DNA of 64,000 bases. Origin: Leptospiraceae bacterium (GTDB taxonomy: Bacteria > Spirochaetota > Leptospiria > Leptospirales > Leptonemataceae). The notes under the pieces are model-generated. The model ran no database searches, was not told the origin of the DNA, and saw only the letters and a list, made by a program, of their open reading frames with translations. Both the position numbers and the translations under genes were made by a program. Positions 40,624 to 50,531 of the stretch are shown here, in pieces (positions within the stretch are counted from its first letter, which is position 1; each line of letters opens with the position of its first letter). The stretch is taken from contig JAVJNR010000004.1 of the NCBI GenBank assembly GCA_040217195.1, positions 320,001 through 384,000 of the forward strand, written 5' to 3'.

Positions 40624-41208
40624 CTACTGTTCTTTAGAGGATTCTGAGTCTATATCAGCCAGCATGGAGCGATAGAACTCAGCTTTTTCTTCTGGCATCC
40701 GTTCAATCAATACACGCATACTGAAGTTTCCATGAATGAATCCATTTTTTCGATACATCCAGTCCACAATCTGACTTTCATCCAATGAGATAATCTGTCC
40801 AAAGGTTACAGATTTCACCGTCTGAGGCTCATTGGCAATAGTGCACTCAATTCTAGATTCCTGCCTCTTGATTCGTGCGCACCAGAAATCTTCCACCCCA
40901 TGCGAATCCTTAATCCGCACTTTGATCATAAAGGACTCTTCATTTGATTCCGGATTATCCAGCTTTTTCCAGAAATAGTTCAATGTGCTTCGAGCTTTAA
41001 TCCTTGCTTGAAGAAGCTCCGGATCTTCCGGGGTGCTTTTGTCTTTGTCCAACTCTGCATTCGTATCCTTATCCGTCTGCATCCCGGGCTCAGCGCTGAG
41101 TATACAGAAAGGGAATGTCAGGACGCGGAGAATCAGGACAGAAGCAAAAATCTTCCGAAGATGGAGGCCCGCTGTGCCGGCCGGCCGATTCCTTCCGTAC
41201 ATGATCAT
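40624..41208 (-). CDS. DUF2314/YegJ-family protein
   Basis: ARSTLNYF, FMIKV, EDFW, IANEP, IVDWMY..NG.IHGNFSMRVL. Confidence 0.8.
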   Translation of the reverse strand: MIMYGRNRPAGTAGLHLRKIFASVLILRVLTFPFCILSAEPGMQTDKDTNAELDKDKSTPEDPELLQARIKARSTLNYFWKKLDNPESNEESFMIKVRIKDSHGVEDFWCARIKRQESRIECTIANEPQTVKSVTFGQIISLDESQIVDWMYRKNGFIHGNFSMRVLIERMPEEKAEFYRSMLADIDSESSKEQ

Positions 41209-41311
41209 GATTCAGCCGGGCCACCGGGAATTAGCAATGCTTTTTCGCAACCAGAATCCAGGTCGCAGAGTACGTACTTGACACAATCCTAAATAGATCT
41301 AAACAAATAAA

Positions 41312-42079
41312 ATGATCTGTCTTTTTCCCGGCTGGAGCCAAAAAGCAATCCGATTGTTGCCCTGCTCGATTGCCCTGCTTGTAAGTGGCTGTATTGGGGT
41401 CACTGCAGTGACCGGAAATCTACCTCGCCCGTCCCTCAGGTCTTGCGAATCGAATGCCCCTGTGCCAGCTCGCGTGGAGATCGAAATGCTGGAATCCAGT
41501 GCCTTCCAGATCATGCATCGTAACAACTTTGACAACTCTGATCTTGAACGAAAATCGAAAGATGCAATTGCACTTATGTTGCTCCGGCATATTCAGAAAC
41601 ATCCAAACCTTACGAATGATCCGGGCGCGAATACTACTGTTCGAATTACTCTGAGGTTGATTGATCCCGGAGAGGATAATTATGATTCAGGAATTTCCTC
41701 ACTGTCTGCAGTCCTCGGATGTTTTACCCTGTATGTAATTCCATTCTATCAAGAAACCGAAGAGTACATTAACATTTCGGTTCTCCACAGGGGGAGAATC
41801 ATTGAGCAGAATCGATATGTTTACCATCATTTGCGCTACCTGAGCTGGCTAATGATTCCCTTCCAGATTTTATACGGATTCCACAGCCCGAACTGGGGAG
41901 CAACTACCTCCGGAATCAATTATGATAGAGCACTTGCAGAGGTAAAACCAGTGATTGATGCGGATCTGAGAAATGTGCTCTGCAATATCCAAGATACGCC
42001 TCCTGCACCGGAGCTCCCGACCAGTCCAGATGGGCCACCAAGCGGAGGAGGTCAGGTAGATAGCTCTATTGAAATCTAA
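41312..42079 (+). CDS. Hypothetical lipoprotein (paralog 1)
   Basis: Lipobox VSGC; clear similarity to 42101-42886. Confidence 0.75.
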   Translation: MICLFPGWSQKAIRLLPCSIALLVSGCIGVTAVTGNLPRPSLRSCESNAPVPARVEIEMLESSAFQIMHRNNFDNSDLERKSKDAIALMLLRHIQKHPNLTNDPGANTTVRITLRLIDPGEDNYDSGISSLSAVLGCFTLYVIPFYQETEEYINISVLHRGRIIEQNRYVYHHLRYLSWLMIPFQILYGFHSPNWGATTSGINYDRALAEVKPVIDADLRNVLCNIQDTPPAPELPTSPDGPPSGGGQVDSSIEI

Positions 42080-42100
42080 TCTTTGCATTAGAATACAATA

Positions 42101-42886
42101 GTGCACGGTTTCCCTTACATGGTTCGAATAAGAAAGAGTAAGTGCATACACAAACAGTTCAGGAGAGTTATTTTACTGATTCTGATGGTTTGTACTCTGG
42201 CTGTGCAGGCCAGTTGTTTTACCACTCATGCTATTGCGGGAAACTATGAATATGATTCGGCGGTCACATGCAGTTCCACCGATCCAGTGCCAGTAAGTAT
42301 CAGCATTGATTATCTGAAAACCCCGAGATATAAAGAGTCCCATCGAGATTTTCTCGATTCCTCCAGTTCCGAGAGGAAACTAAAGTCAACAATTGCAAAA
42401 CTGGTTCGCTCCTATATTGCCTCTTCTCCGGATCTGGTAATTTCTGAAAAAGCAGAAACAGAGATCAGGATTACAATGCAGCTCATCGATTCGGGAGAGA
42501 ATAACTATCCGTCCACTCGCTCCAGGATCACAATTTTGATGAGCTGTCTTACACTTCTGGTCCTGCCCGGCTATACCGAGGCAGAAGAACAGATTCAAAT
42601 TTCCGTTTATCATCAAGACCGGCAGATAGATAAAAATCGCTATGTATTCTATCTGACCGATTACATGAGCTGGCTAATGATTCCGTTCAATATACTCTAC
42701 ACAGCCCATCAGCCGGATTGGGGAGTTACACCCAACGACATTGACTATGAATACGCTTTGAAAGATCTAGAACCTGCCATTCATGCAGATCTACGAAAGA
42801 CTCTTTGTCATGAATCCGGGAAACCTCCAGCCCCCGGGCTATCTCCAGAGGAAGAGGTCCAGAAAAAGGGCAGCCGCTCCAAGTAG
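42101..42886 (+). CDS. Hypothetical lipoprotein (paralog 2)
   Basis: Signal ending QASC; shares LIDxGExNY, NRYV, SWLMIPF, PxWG and PxIxADLR with paralog 1. Confidence 0.75.
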   Translation: MHGFPYMVRIRKSKCIHKQFRRVILLILMVCTLAVQASCFTTHAIAGNYEYDSAVTCSSTDPVPVSISIDYLKTPRYKESHRDFLDSSSSERKLKSTIAKLVRSYIASSPDLVISEKAETEIRITMQLIDSGENNYPSTRSRITILMSCLTLLVLPGYTEAEEQIQISVYHQDRQIDKNRYVFYLTDYMSWLMIPFNILYTAHQPDWGVTPNDIDYEYALKDLEPAIHADLRKTLCHESGKPPAPGLSPEEEVQKKGSRSK

Positions 42887-42989
42887 ATTGCGTGGGCCGG
42901 GATTTTACTTCAGCCTGGCCTGGAAAGCCGAATCTGATCAGGTTTGAAGTCCCGGGTACCTGCTGATGCGCAGATCTGTGTCTTTTACC

Positions 42990-44048
42990 TCAATGAGTTT
43001 GCAGAAAGCGATCTTCCTTCTTACGAAAATTGCGTGCATAGACTCGATCCCGGAAAAAGGTTCCTTTTCTGTCCAGCATAGAGCTGAATAGCTGAGCCTT
43101 CCAGCCCGATCCCAGAGCGGAGTATTGACCTATATCGCTCAGATCCACAGATCCATTGGTTGCGATAGCCCTGGCTGTGCGAATTCCGCTTTCAATGGCC
43201 GGTCCAATGCCTTCGGCAAGATCGCAGGTGGCCAGTCCAGCCGAATCGCCAACAATGAATGCATTTTCATGTTGAGTCTTTTTCGCTCGTTGTCGCACAA
43301 AATAGGTATGACCTTTAGGTTTCCAGTCATGTCCCTTCACCAATCCCAGGTCTTGCATTTTCCGGGTTAGTAGATCCCAGTGCTTTCGCAGAGTAATCTG
43401 AGAGTTTTTCATATGTTCGGAAAAGCCGCCAATTCCAACGTTAATATACCCACCGGCCTTGGGCACATACCAGGAATAGCCGGGTAAACCATGCTCCCCC
43501 AGCCAGAGAATGCAGCGTTCATCGGACCAGTTGTAAGGAAACTCCTGTTCCAGAGCCCCCACCTGATAGGATGCACCTCTGGGGTTCAGATCTGCAAATA
43601 GCTGTCTAAATACCGGACAGTGAGTACCGCCTGCTCCCACAAGAAAAGGGGCTTTATACTGATCATCAATGATGTAGCAGTCTTCTTTTCGGATTTCCTT
43701 CACTGGATGTACATGAAACTCTGCTTTCGATCTCTTCAATAGCCAATGATCGAATTCATAGCGTCGAATGGAATACTGAGTAGTGTCCCAGGTAAGTGGC
43801 TTCTTTTTTTTGAGCCCGAAATACTCTGCATGGATTTCATTGAATGTAACTATCCCTTCCGGATATTCATCCGGCCCGATTTGTAGACTTTCCAGCACGC
43901 CAGGAGTGATCCATCCTGCACATAGCTTGGTTCGGGGAAAGGACTCCTTATCCAGAATTATGCAATCCAGTCCAGACTTCTTCAATTCATGGGCACAGCT
44001 GGACCCTCCGGGCCCTCCACCTACTATAATGACATCCGTTTCAATCAT
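42990..44048 (-). CDS. FAD-dependent oxidoreductase, geranylgeranyl reductase family
   Basis: DVIIVGGGPGGS, FPRTKLCAG, GYSWYVPK, VGDSAG...AEGI. Confidence 0.88.
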   Translation of the reverse strand: MIETDVIIVGGGPGGSSCAHELKKSGLDCIILDKESFPRTKLCAGWITPGVLESLQIGPDEYPEGIVTFNEIHAEYFGLKKKKPLTWDTTQYSIRRYEFDHWLLKRSKAEFHVHPVKEIRKEDCYIIDDQYKAPFLVGAGGTHCPVFRQLFADLNPRGASYQVGALEQEFPYNWSDERCILWLGEHGLPGYSWYVPKAGGYINVGIGGFSEHMKNSQITLRKHWDLLTRKMQDLGLVKGHDWKPKGHTYFVRQRAKKTQHENAFIVGDSAGLATCDLAEGIGPAIESGIRTARAIATNGSVDLSDIGQYSALGSGWKAQLFSSMLDRKGTFFRDRVYARNFRKKEDRFLQTH

Positions 44049-44050
44049 TC

Positions 44051-45409
44051 CTAACTTCCTTTGCCGCTGGCTACTACAGCTCTTCTATTTCTTTCGGGTT
44101 TCTTACCATTTCTAGATCCCCGGTTTCCCGATTTTGCAAGAGGTTCTCCAGACCACGGAGATTCCAGGCCAAGATAATGATGCCTGGTAAGCGGGGCATC
44201 GTTAATGTATCCCTTATGCAATAATAGCTGAACCAGAGTTAATCCTCCATAGCGGAAGGCAGCGGCCGATCCGCGAAGATACATTCTGAACATTCGCACA
44301 AAGGATTCTCCGTACTGCTCGCGAATCCAGGGAACATTCTTTTCGAACCTCTTGCTCCAGTGATCAAGGGTAAGAGCATAATGATATCTCAGGTTTTCCA
44401 TATCTGCAACGAAAAACGGGCGATCTCTTTTTTCCACAGGTCCCAGCATTTCTGCATGCGAAGGGATTCTTCCTCCCGGAAATATGTATTTTTCCAGCCA
44501 GGGATCCGTCTTTTGACTCCAGACCCTGGAAATACTATGGACCAGCGCCATGCCTCCGTCCCCCAGGACGCGATAAATCATGTCATAGAATAGCTGATAA
44601 TTCCTGAGACCGACATGCTCAAGCATGCCGATGGAAACAAATTTATCATATTTCCTTTTTTCATCTCCAATTGAGCGATAATCATCCAGTACATATTCTA
44701 GCTGACTTTCCGGAATTCCTTCCCGTCTGGCCTTCTGACGGGCGTACTCTACCTGTTCTGTGGAAATATTAAAGGATCGAACTATGGCTCCGTAGTTTTT
44801 AGCCATATGAAATCCAAGTCCGCCCCAGCCACAACCTGCCTCCACCACTCGATCTCCAGGCTGAATTCTTAACTTGCGACAAACTAGATCCAGCTTCTGT
44901 TTCTGCGCTTTTTCCAGGGAATCCGAAGGCTGTTGAAAATAAGCGCAAGTATACTGCATTCGTTCATCCAGCCAAAGGGAATAGAAGTCGTTTCCCAGGT
45001 CATAATGATGCGCGATGTTCTTTCGCGCCCTTTTTCTGGTGGGATGGGTCTGGATTAGACGAAAGTAGAATTTCAATATCTCCAGCGGTCCAGGATGCAA
45101 TCCGCCCAGCCCCAGATGGCCGCCCAGGTGCTGTAGCTCCTGAATATCTCCGTCTATATCGATATCTCCACCCATATAGGATTCGCCAAAACCCATGCTT
45201 CCTCTGCGAAGCACATCCTCTAGAGCTCCCCTGACTTTGAAGTGCATGGTAAACACTGGGCCCGTGATTCTTCGACTTCGATGGTATGCGGTGGGACCAT
45301 CCAGATCATCGCGACCTTGATGGTCATAGATTTCACCATCATGAAAAACGATTCTATACGGTAGCGGAAATTCAGTGCGCTTTAATAGGTCTATGAATGC
45401 TCTTTTCAT
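44051..45409 (-). CDS. Cyclopropane-fatty-acyl-phospholipid synthase family SAM methyltransferase
   Basis: NIAHHYDLGNDFY, MQYTCAYF, EAGCGWGG, SIGMLEHVG, KYIFPGG, HYALTL. Confidence 0.93.
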   Translation of the reverse strand: MKRAFIDLLKRTEFPLPYRIVFHDGEIYDHQGRDDLDGPTAYHRSRRITGPVFTMHFKVRGALEDVLRRGSMGFGESYMGGDIDIDGDIQELQHLGGHLGLGGLHPGPLEILKFYFRLIQTHPTRKRARKNIAHHYDLGNDFYSLWLDERMQYTCAYFQQPSDSLEKAQKQKLDLVCRKLRIQPGDRVVEAGCGWGGLGFHMAKNYGAIVRSFNISTEQVEYARQKARREGIPESQLEYVLDDYRSIGDEKRKYDKFVSIGMLEHVGLRNYQLFYDMIYRVLGDGGMALVHSISRVWSQKTDPWLEKYIFPGGRIPSHAEMLGPVEKRDRPFFVADMENLRYHYALTLDHWSKRFEKNVPWIREQYGESFVRMFRMYLRGSAAAFRYGGLTLVQLLLHKGYINDAPLTRHHYLGLESPWSGEPLAKSGNRGSRNGKKPERNRRAVVASGKGS

Positions 45410-45718
45410 TTCTCTCTCCTGATGGTATTAGTATGACAGGAAAAGTGAGATGCGGTTGCATCGAAAAGCTGTACCCTTCTCCACATATACATCCGTTGAT
45501 GCTTTTTTATGCATTTCAAGAGGATTTTTTCCTGAGTAACGAGCGTTACGCTTCACAGGACGTTAGCGATTCCCGCAGGACATTGCCCGGCACCTGATTT
45601 TCCAATCTGGATGGAATCCATTCACCCGGAACTACCCGGACTTCAGGGAGTCAGATACAATCTGCGAGAAAATTTCTTGCTTAACGATCGATAGAGAACA
45701 GATTTCATCAGGCTACTC

Positions 45719-47962
45719 ATGAGGATTCTATCGATGAAAAATCAGGCGATTGCCTGCATTTCCCTTCTAGGCATTTCTAGCCTGTTGCCTGTTTCCATAT
45801 ACGGGCAGCCACTGGAATCCCGTGCCGGGGAGCCTGAACTTGAGAATCGCAAGGAGATAATATTTGGCGGTTCCAGAAACTATGCACCGTTCGAATGGAT
45901 CTCCTCGGACGGTAATCTTCAGGGGTTTCTGATAGACCTGGAGGATTCCCTGGCACGAAAAGCAGGTCTCCAGGCAGTGCATCGTCAAAGGGACTGGGAT
46001 ACTGTCATACAGGAGTTGCGAGAAGGAAAAGTAGATGTGGTACCTATGTTCCACTCCGAGCAGAGAGCCAGCTATTTTCGCTTTTCTCCGCCCATCTATT
46101 ATCTAACTCATGGAATATTTTCTAGAAAAGACGGACCGATCGCCTCCAGACCGGAGGAGCTTGTAGGACGAACCGTGGCTGTTGTTCGAAATGGATATGC
46201 TTCGGATCAACTGAGAGGTCTACATCCAGAAGTTGAGCAATACGAAACAGTAGACATTAGAGAATCTCTACGAGCGATTGAATCTGGAACGGCCGAGTTT
46301 GCAGTGCTTTCGCGGCCGGTGGCCAGAAGATTCATTGAAGAGGAAAGCCTGGGTGTGCATGAGGTGAGTCCTCCATTCTGGCCACGAGCCTATGTCTTCG
46401 CAGTAAAGAAAGAAAACGAAGCACTCTATCAATGGCTTATCTATCGCCTGGCTCTACAGAAGGCTACAGGAGATTATTACCGTATCTATGGACAATGGGA
46501 AGATCAGCTGGAATGGTCCAGACCAAGTTTCCTGGATTTCTTGAAGCAATATAGCTGGACAGTTCTGGTTTTTCTGGGATTGCTTTTCGCTGGATTCGCC
46601 TGGTCCTACACTTTGCGCCGGGAAGTGGGCCGAAGAACCAGGGAGCTTCAAAGCGAACTCAGGCTACGAAAAGCAGCGGAAGAACGGGCCGCCTACAGAG
46701 CAAGCCATGATCTGCTAACCGGACTGCCCAATCGAATTCAATTCCTGGAAGACCTGGAAAATTCCGGCATAACAGCCGATGAACCAGTAAGCATTCTTGC
46801 AATCAAACTACGTGGAATTGAAGAAATAATTCTGACCTTTGGTTACGAGTCAGGGGAAGCCTTGCTGTATAGCTTCGCCGAACGATTGAAGTCTACCGAA
46901 AGCATTGCAGTATCGCACCTTGGTCGAGGAGAGTTTATCCTGGCTCGAAAAGCAAGTCCAACTGCGACGCGTATTTTGAGCACAATTAGCAGCCCTCTGG
47001 AACTGGATAAGATGGAGATAGATCCCAGCCTGGCCATCGGATTCAGCACGGAACCATTGAATCATATCCCCCCGACTGAGCTATTGCGAAGAGCTCGTAC
47101 CGCACTCAGTGCTGCTATAGAACGCAGACGCCCGTGGCAGGAGTATGCCCCTTCCATAGAGCCCAATCGAGAGGCCATTTCCTTGCTACGAGATTTCTGG
47201 CAGTCCGGAACCCGGGATTTTGTAGCTTACTTTCAGCCGCAGGTGCATCTTCGAAGCAATAGCATTGTAGGTGCCGAGGCCCTGGTCCGATGGCAGCATC
47301 CAAAACTGGGATTGCTTTCTCCCGGCTCATTCGTGCCAATTCTGGAACGAACCGGCGCAATCCATCACATCACCGGTTTGATGCTGGAGAAAGGCATAGA
47401 GTTTGCATCCAACTTGCGCAAGGAGGGATCCCCCTGTCATGTCTCGGTTAATGTTGGAACCTCAGACCTCCTGGAGCATGATCTTGTTTCTCAGGTGGAG
47501 CAGGTCTTAAAGCTCCATGATGCACGGCCGGAGGACCTATCCCTTGAGATGACTGAAACTGGCCTGGTTTCGGAGCCTGGCCCGGTGGGTATTGTATTGC
47601 ATCGATTACGGGAAATGAACATTCAATGCTCCATTGATGACTTTGGTACAGGTTACTCCTCTCTTTCCTATCTGAGCGAATTTCCAGTGACCGGGATCAA
47701 GATAGACCGGGAATTTGTGGGTACCATGCTCTCCGATAGTCGTAAGAGAGCCATTGTAGAATCCAGCGTTGGTCTGGCACATGCCATGGATCTGAGTGTG
47801 GTTGCGGAAGGGCCGGAAGATCAAGCTACCCTGGAAGCTCTGGAACAAATGGGATGCGATCTGGCCCAGGGCTATGTCTATGCTCCTCCCATGCCTGCCA
47901 ATGAGTTCCAGGACTACTTTCGATCATTCAATGCCAGCGCAGATAGCCAGAATGGCGGCTAA
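45719..47962 (+). CDS. Periplasmic solute-binding (family 3) sensor + degenerate GGDEF + EAL protein
   Basis: NYAPFEW..GF.ID binding domain, TM helix, HDLLTGLPNR, GRGEF, EALVRW, DDFGTGYSS. Confidence 0.92.
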   Translation: MRILSMKNQAIACISLLGISSLLPVSIYGQPLESRAGEPELENRKEIIFGGSRNYAPFEWISSDGNLQGFLIDLEDSLARKAGLQAVHRQRDWDTVIQELREGKVDVVPMFHSEQRASYFRFSPPIYYLTHGIFSRKDGPIASRPEELVGRTVAVVRNGYASDQLRGLHPEVEQYETVDIRESLRAIESGTAEFAVLSRPVARRFIEEESLGVHEVSPPFWPRAYVFAVKKENEALYQWLIYRLALQKATGDYYRIYGQWEDQLEWSRPSFLDFLKQYSWTVLVFLGLLFAGFAWSYTLRREVGRRTRELQSELRLRKAAEERAAYRASHDLLTGLPNRIQFLEDLENSGITADEPVSILAIKLRGIEEIILTFGYESGEALLYSFAERLKSTESIAVSHLGRGEFILARKASPTATRILSTISSPLELDKMEIDPSLAIGFSTEPLNHIPPTELLRRARTALSAAIERRRPWQEYAPSIEPNREAISLLRDFWQSGTRDFVAYFQPQVHLRSNSIVGAEALVRWQHPKLGLLSPGSFVPILERTGAIHHITGLMLEKGIEFASNLRKEGSPCHVSVNVGTSDLLEHDLVSQVEQVLKLHDARPEDLSLEMTETGLVSEPGPVGIVLHRLREMNIQCSIDDFGTGYSSLSYLSEFPVTGIKIDREFVGTMLSDSRKRAIVESSVGLAHAMDLSVVAEGPEDQATLEALEQMGCDLAQGYVYAPPMPANEFQDYFRSFNASADSQNGG

Positions 47963-48123
47963 ACCCTTCAGGTCGTCGAAGGCAGAAAAATTAGCTATCA
48001 GATAGGCCATGCATGGTCCCACCCAGAGCTAATTGCTGTTTGATCCACCGAATGAAAAACCATCTGCATCAAAATATGTGCCCGGGAACTCGAAGACCCC
48101 TGTATGCCTGAATGAATTCAGGT

Positions 48124-48489
48124 TCAACGGCCTGCCATACCGGGCTTCCAGAAAGAACCGGATAACTCAAAGCCCATCAATTTCTCCGCTGCATCCGGCT
48201 CCTGCTGATCCGATATAGAAAGATCCACGGCCAGATGTACTGGTAGAAGTATTGTATCCAGAGCAAAGCTCAAGGGAAGATCAACAAGACAGAGAAATCT
48301 AAAACCCGGACCCACGGAGCCATGGCCCAGAGAGTCATCCAGAACGAAGGCAAGATCTAGAGCAGTTCCCCGATAATACATATCATCCTGCTCGTAATCG
48401 AGCTGGGAGAGGATGGAGGCACAGCCAGTGAGGTTGGTAACCATCAGCAAGGAGGTGAGTAAGAGCGACAGGGATAAATAACGAATCAT
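48124..48489 (-). CDS. YceK/YidQ (DUF1375) family lipoprotein
   Basis: LTGCAS lipobox, YYRGT..D, VDLPLSFALDTILLP. Confidence 0.85.
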   Translation of the reverse strand: MIRYLSLSLLLTSLLMVTNLTGCASILSQLDYEQDDMYYRGTALDLAFVLDDSLGHGSVGPGFRFLCLVDLPLSFALDTILLPVHLAVDLSISDQQEPDAAEKLMGFELSGSFWKPGMAGR

Positions 48490-48582
48490 GGTATTTGCAA
48501 ATTGGCAGGGTACCCGGCAAATTAAGGAAAGCCTTTTCCTGGTCTGGCATTGAGTTTTCCGGGATCCTGGCCTCTTTACCCC

Positions 48583-48617
48583 AAAAAAAAAGCCCTCGCT
48601 ACGGAGGGCTTTTCTTT
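48583..48617 (-). terminator. Intrinsic terminator (bidirectional geometry) after the LipL71-like gene
   Basis: A9-GCCCTC-gctacg-GAGGGC-TTTTCTTT. Confidence 0.8.
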
Positions 48618-48651
48618 GGCTGGCTAGTTCGCCCGCCGCATTTGGGTCGAT

Positions 48652-50004
48652 TTACTCTACGTTCTCTCGATCCATGTCAGTGGAATCATCGGAATCCATG
48701 TTCTCCACTTCTTCCTTTTCCGGTTTTGTTACAGGACCGGACTTAGGAGGAATGTCGAATACCTGACCTGGATAGATCAGATTTGGATTCTTGATCTTGT
48801 CTCGATTCGCCTCATAGATTCGCTTCCACAGGAAGGGATTTCCATAGGTTTCTCGAAGGCCGGAAATTCTCCATAGAGTATCAGCTGGACGGCGTTTCTT
48901 AACAGTATACTTCTTCCACCCTTCAGAAGTCGTTTCCGTACTTCTTTCAGCGATTGCAGTTCCCGTTTTTTCAGCCACTACCTGAGCCAGTCTAAGAGCT
49001 TCTTTGGATTCTGCGATGGACTCTTCGTAGTTCTCTTCATCCAGGTTCGTGCCAGCTTCAGTCAGAGCTTCCTTTGCTGCCCGGAGAAATTCACCGATGC
49101 TTTGAACTTCTGCCTGGCTTCCGCGACGTTTAAAGCCAGCAAATCGTTTGTCTGCAGTTCCTACCGCCAGGTCTGCTTCTGCTTTTAGCTTCTTTGCATA
49201 GGCTGGTAGGGCTGCTTCCAGAGCAGCACGAGCCAGTTCCTCTGACTTTTCGATAGACATAGCGCCATCTTTAAGCATGTCATCGTTGATTAGATCACGA
49301 GCGTTCTGAATCTCTTCCTGGGCTGCAGCATACTCTTCAGGAGCTGTTTTTTCAGCTTCGTAGGAGCGGGCTTTTTCCAGGATAGACTCGGCTCCTGAAA
49401 GACTGGAAAGTAACTGGTCTTTCTGGGCCAGGGCCGTGGCACGAGCTTTGGCCGCAGCATCCTGAGATTGCTGATAGTTTTGATAAGCAGTTCTGTATTG
49501 ATCCAGGATATTTCCGGATTCAACAGCAGTCATGGCATCGCCCTGATCGGCGGCTCCGGATTTCGCATCCTTTGCTTTTGCATGCTCCTGATCGCCTTTG
49601 TCTTTCAGAAGTTTTGCAGATTCGAAATCATCAGTGGCTAACTTTTCTGCGTACGCCTCATCGGCGCTGGCAATTAGTTCCTGCGCTTTCTTTTCCATGT
49701 CGGCCGTAAATGGGCCTACAGAGTCCAGCCGAGCTTTTGTTGCAGTGGCATCGGCAGCTAGAGCCGTAGCTTTTGCTGCATCGTTTTCGCCAGCAACCAG
49801 TTGATCATGTGCTTCTTTCAGACTTGCTACTGCTGCATCGAATTCATCCGACGCATGTGTTTCTGCCTGTTCCTGTTCTGCCAGGGCTATTTCCTGACGA
49901 GCATCACTAAGCTCTTGAACAGGAGCCGTGCTGGCGCATTGCATTACGAACAACGCCAGTACACCCACCATTGCGGGCTTTAGAATATTTGCTATACTTC
50001 CCAT
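48652..50004 (-). CDS. lruA: LipL71/LruA-like lipoprotein (helical DUF4398-like repeats + C-terminal LysM)
   Basis: Lipoprotein signal [13 protein letters not shown], Ala/Glu-rich helices, Lys[33 protein letters not shown]. Symbol inferred from architecture and context. Confidence 0.7.
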   Translation of the reverse strand: MGSIANILKPAMVGVLALFVMQCASTAPVQELSDARQEIALAEQEQAETHASDEFDAAVASLKEAHDQLVAGENDAAKATALAADATATKARLDSVGPFTADMEKKAQELIASADEAYAEKLATDDFESAKLLKDKGDQEHAKAKDAKSGAADQGDAMTAVESGNILDQYRTAYQNYQQSQDAAAKARATALAQKDQLLSSLSGAESILEKARSYEAEKTAPEEYAAAQEEIQNARDLINDDMLKDGAMSIEKSEELARAALEAALPAYAKKLKAEADLAVGTADKRFAGFKRRGSQAEVQSIGEFLRAAKEALTEAGTNLDEENYEESIAESKEALRLAQVVAEKTGTAIAERSTETTSEGWKKYTVKKRRPADTLWRISGLRETYGNPFLWKRIYEANRDKIKNPNLIYPGQVFDIPPKSGPVTKPEKEEVENMDSDDSTDMDRENVE

Positions 50005-50039
50005 TTGTTCCTCCAGATAGTTGCAGGACCCGATTCAAA

Positions 50040-50070
50040 TAAAATGGCCGACTTTCGGGGAGCCGGCCAT
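50040..50070 (-). terminator. Hairpin, possible terminator between STAS and the lipoprotein gene
   Basis: Minus strand ATGGCCGGCT-ccccgaa-AGTCGGCCAT followed by a short T-rich tail. Confidence 0.5.
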
Positions 50071-50106
50071 CTCAAATTCACGGGATCCATCTTCCCGAAC
50101 GGGATA

Positions 50107-50445
50107 TCAAGACTTGAATGCAGCCAGTGCATCCGCCTCGGAATCATAAATTTCAAAGAAAGATGTTAGCTTGGTGAGCTCAAAAACCTTTCTTACGGAC
50201 CCGGATACATTAGTGATCTTCAGCCCACCCTGATATTTCTTCAGGTTAGATAGACTGGAGATCAGAGCTCCAATACCGGACGAGTCAATGTAGGATACGC
50301 GATCCAAATTGATTACAACATTATACTTCTTCTCTTCGATGAGCTTATTAATAAGCTCCTTAATCTCTGGTGCATTGTAGAGATCAATCTCCCCGTTTAC
50401 ATCCAGAATGACTATATCGCCGCTTTCTCTTCTGGAAATTTCCAT
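50107..50445 (-). CDS. STAS-domain anti-sigma factor antagonist
   Basis: GEIDLYNAP, VSYIDSSGIGAL, VFELTKL. Confidence 0.95.
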   Translation of the reverse strand: MEISRRESGDIVILDVNGEIDLYNAPEIKELINKLIEEKKYNVVINLDRVSYIDSSGIGALISSLSNLKKYQGGLKITNVSGSVRKVFELTKLTSFFEIYDSEADALAAFKS

Positions 50446-50531
50446 AACTGACTGTCCTGAAAAACCCCGTTAATTTTTGTTTTCCTGAGATGATAACCAG
50501 GATAGGTGGCTGTCAACATAAAAAATCAAAG

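Noticed and set aside
50490..50516. Promoter TTGACA-N15-TATCAT upstream of the STAS gene
   Set aside because: Good hexamers but sub-optimal 15-nt spacing; left uncalled.
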